Of a stretch of 26,061 nucleotides of DNA, positions 24,355-26,061 are shown in pieces. The stretch covers positions 1 through 26,061 of the forward strand of contig JALVPN010000190.1 in the NCBI GenBank assembly GCA_027031765.1. The letters run 5' to 3'. Position numbers and translations under genes: made by a program. This DNA comes from Promethearchaeota archaeon (GTDB lineage Archaea; Asgardarchaeota; Thorarchaeia; Thorarchaeales; Thorarchaeaceae). The notes under the pieces are model-generated. The model was not told where the DNA came from, searched no databases, and saw only the letters and a program-made list of their open reading frames with translations. The first letter of the stretch is position 1. The number at the start of each line of letters is the position of its first letter.

Positions 24355-25572
24355 TCACCCCTTTGCACTCACTATCTTTATCACGTCTCTGTCCTTCAAG
24401 ACATGTTTGTCAGACACCCTCATCTTTGTCCTGGCATCAATTGCATGTATGAAGGACTCCATCAGTTCTGTATGGATGTAGCCGGCAAACTCCTTTGCAG
24501 TGGTGCCCTCTGGCACCAAGTAGACATCGGGGAGGACGTTCCCGTTCGCATCAGACAGTGTGTTCGCATCATGGACCGGATAGACTGTTATCATCTTCAG
24601 GACATCGAACACTGCGCTGTTAATCGTCTTCTGGACTCCCGTCCCCCCGTACCTTCCAAGGAGTTCCTCTCTTATCCTCTCCAGTTGAGCCACCTCCCCG
24701 TCCTTGAGGCTGTCCTTCTCGAGGAATGTGAAATCGTCATCACCGGGTATGTACCTGATCACCCCCCGTCGGTCCAGGTCTCTCAGCACCCTCTCGGCAA
24801 GCGCACTTACTGGCACCACCACCGTGTTTTCCAGCTCCTCTCTCAGCCGCCTGTAGTTATCATCAGCACCAGGCCGGTCAATCTTGTTCGCTGCAACCAC
24901 TATTGGTTTGGAAATCCGGCGCAGCACCCCTACGAACTCTCTAAGGTCTTCCTCCGTCCAGTTGCCCGCGTCCTCAGCACTGAGCCCCGAGTCCCGGATT
25001 GCCCTCACTATGTGTCCGCGCGTTATCTTGAGCCCTGAAAACTTGTCGAGCAACAGTGCCTCAAGTCGTGCACCCTCTGCACGGATCCTACCAGCAATGC
25101 GTCTCCAGTCCCTAGAAACAATCCCAAACATCCACTCGGTGAGCTCTTCTTCCAAGAACCGCACATCCTCTAGCGGGTCGTGAGTCCCGGCGCTCACCTC
25201 CTGTCCCTCAGCATCGAGGGCCCCGCTCGCATCAACAACGTGAATGAGGACATCGGCCTGCCTCAGGTCGTCAAGGAACTTGTTCCCCATGCCACGTCCC
25301 CTGTGTGCCCCGGGTACAAGCCCCGCAACATCGATGAGTTTGACCGGCACCAGTCGGACACCGTCTATACAGATGGAGTTCTGAGGGTTGTCTTTCACAC
25401 CGAACTCTCTGCACACACACTCCGTCCTGGCATGGGCCACCCCAATATTTGCATCGATGGTCGTGAACGGGTAGCTGCCGACCTTGAACTCTGTCATGCA
25501 TGCAGCATTTGTAAAGGAGGTCTTTCCACATGACGGCTTTCCAACCACACCAATGCTAAAGCTCGCTCCCAT
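24355..25572 (-). CDS. ychF: Obg-family translation-associated GTPase/ATPase (archaeal YchF/Ygr210 type) with TGS domain
   Basis: [35 protein letters not shown] and a C-terminal TGS domain (FAGYIHTEL). Confidence 0.92.
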   Translation of the reverse strand: MGASFSIGVVGKPSCGKTSFTNAACMTEFKVGSYPFTTIDANIGVAHARTECVCREFGVKDNPQNSICIDGVRLVPVKLIDVAGLVPGAHRGRGMGNKFLDDLRQADVLIHVVDASGALDAEGQEVSAGTHDPLEDVRFLEEELTEWMFGIVSRDWRRIAGRIRAEGARLEALLLDKFSGLKITRGHIVRAIRDSGLSAEDAGNWTEEDLREFVGVLRRISKPIVVAANKIDRPGADDNYRRLREELENTVVVPVSALAERVLRDLDRRGVIRYIPGDDDFTFLEKDSLKDGEVAQLERIREELLGRYGGTGVQKTINSAVFDVLKMITVYPVHDANTLSDANGNVLPDVYLVPEGTTAKEFAGYIHTELMESFIHAIDARTKMRVSDKHVLKDRDVIKIVSAKG

Positions 25573-25694
25573 CTCTGATCACGTGCTCCTGTCATTCAAT
25601 TACCGGTGCCTAGTCATAAATCGCCCGTTGAGCTCACACGCCGATTCGTTTTTATTGAATCAGAATTCATATCAACACACTGCTCAGAGGAGCC

Positions 25695-26061
25695 ATGGTC
25701 GAATTGGTAAAGGTCTGTGTCACATCCACTGCTCCGAGTCTTGATGCCACTGTGGACATGCGTTTCGGTCGCTGTGCATACTTCATGGTCGTCGACACCG
25801 AGACCATGGAGTCAAATGCCATACCAAATGATGCTGCTTATGCATCGGGTGGTGCCGGCATCCGTGCAGCACAGACGGTGGCGTCCCTCGGCGTCGGGGC
25901 CGTCATAACAGGGAGTGTGGGCCCGAACGCGATGCCCGCTCTCAGCGCCGCTGGTATTGACGTGTTCACAGTTACCGGTGGGACAGTACGCTCTGCTGTA
26001 GATGCCTTCAAGCAGGGCGCCCTCTCACCCCTCACTTCTCCCGGTGCTTCACATGCAGGGC
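25695..26061 (+). CDS. NifB/NifX-family (dinitrogenase FeMo-cofactor-binding-like, MTH1175-type) protein, 3'-truncated
   Basis: Translated by hand because it is absent from the ORF track: MVELVKVCVTS...RFGRCAYFMVVD...GGAGIRAAQ...AVITGSVGPNA; GAGGAG SD. Confidence 0.9.
   Translation, partial: MVELVKVCVTSTAPSLDATVDMRFGRCAYFMVVDTETMESNAIPNDAAYASGGAGIRAAQTVASLGVGAVITGSVGPNAMPALSAAGIDVFTVTGGTVRSAVDAFKQGALSPLTSPGASHAG

Noticed and set aside
25643-25661. GATTC-N9-GAATC inverted repeat around a T-rich TATA-like tract upstream of the NifX-like gene
   Set aside because: Arms of 5 bp are too short to support an operator without comparative data.
25695-26061. Nitrogen fixation inferred from the NifB/NifX-family gene
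   Set aside because: This small family is widespread in non-diazotrophic archaea, and no nifHDK genes are present in the window.
1-26061. CRISPR arrays, IS elements, integrases, rRNA
   Set aside because: No repeat-spacer periodicity, transposase motifs or rRNA signatures were seen.

Overview
GC-rich archaeal chromosomal window with no mobile elements, CRISPR array or recognisable rRNA/tRNA. Gene content and order suggest an Asgard (Thorarchaeota-like) or related anaerobic archaeon; this is inference. There are four blocks. (1) 1-9.4 kb is a replication/transcription cluster: PolD DP1 (5'-truncated), a convergent orc1/cdc6 with three ORB-like boxes in its promoter, then METTL5-csl4-rpoL-RNase III-like-tfs-(RPA3-like OB fold)-PCNA-priS-gins15 and two unknown ORFs. 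(2) 9.5-19.1 kb is a heterodisulfide-reductase-type redox cluster: hdrC, hdrB, a short HdrA, a long HdrA-MvhD fusion (QmoA/QmoB-like pair), a 765-aa protein with two wHTH modules and a ferredoxin, an orphan, a DUF438/hemerythrin/PAS protein and a stand-alone mvhD. (3) 19.2-21 kb holds an HD protein, an Lrp/AsnC regulator and a JAMM protease. (4) 21-26 kb on the minus strand holds a YchF/Ygr210 GTPase, a serA-like dehydrogenase, rpl15e with a structured leader, DUF54, rpp30 and pop5; a divergent NifB/NifX-family gene runs off the right end. Best leads: the wHTH-ferredoxin protein in the Hdr/Qmo-like operon, the ORB array at cdc6, the rpl15e leader RNA and the hidden RPA3-like gene. Family calls come from motif recognition by eye; no searches were run.
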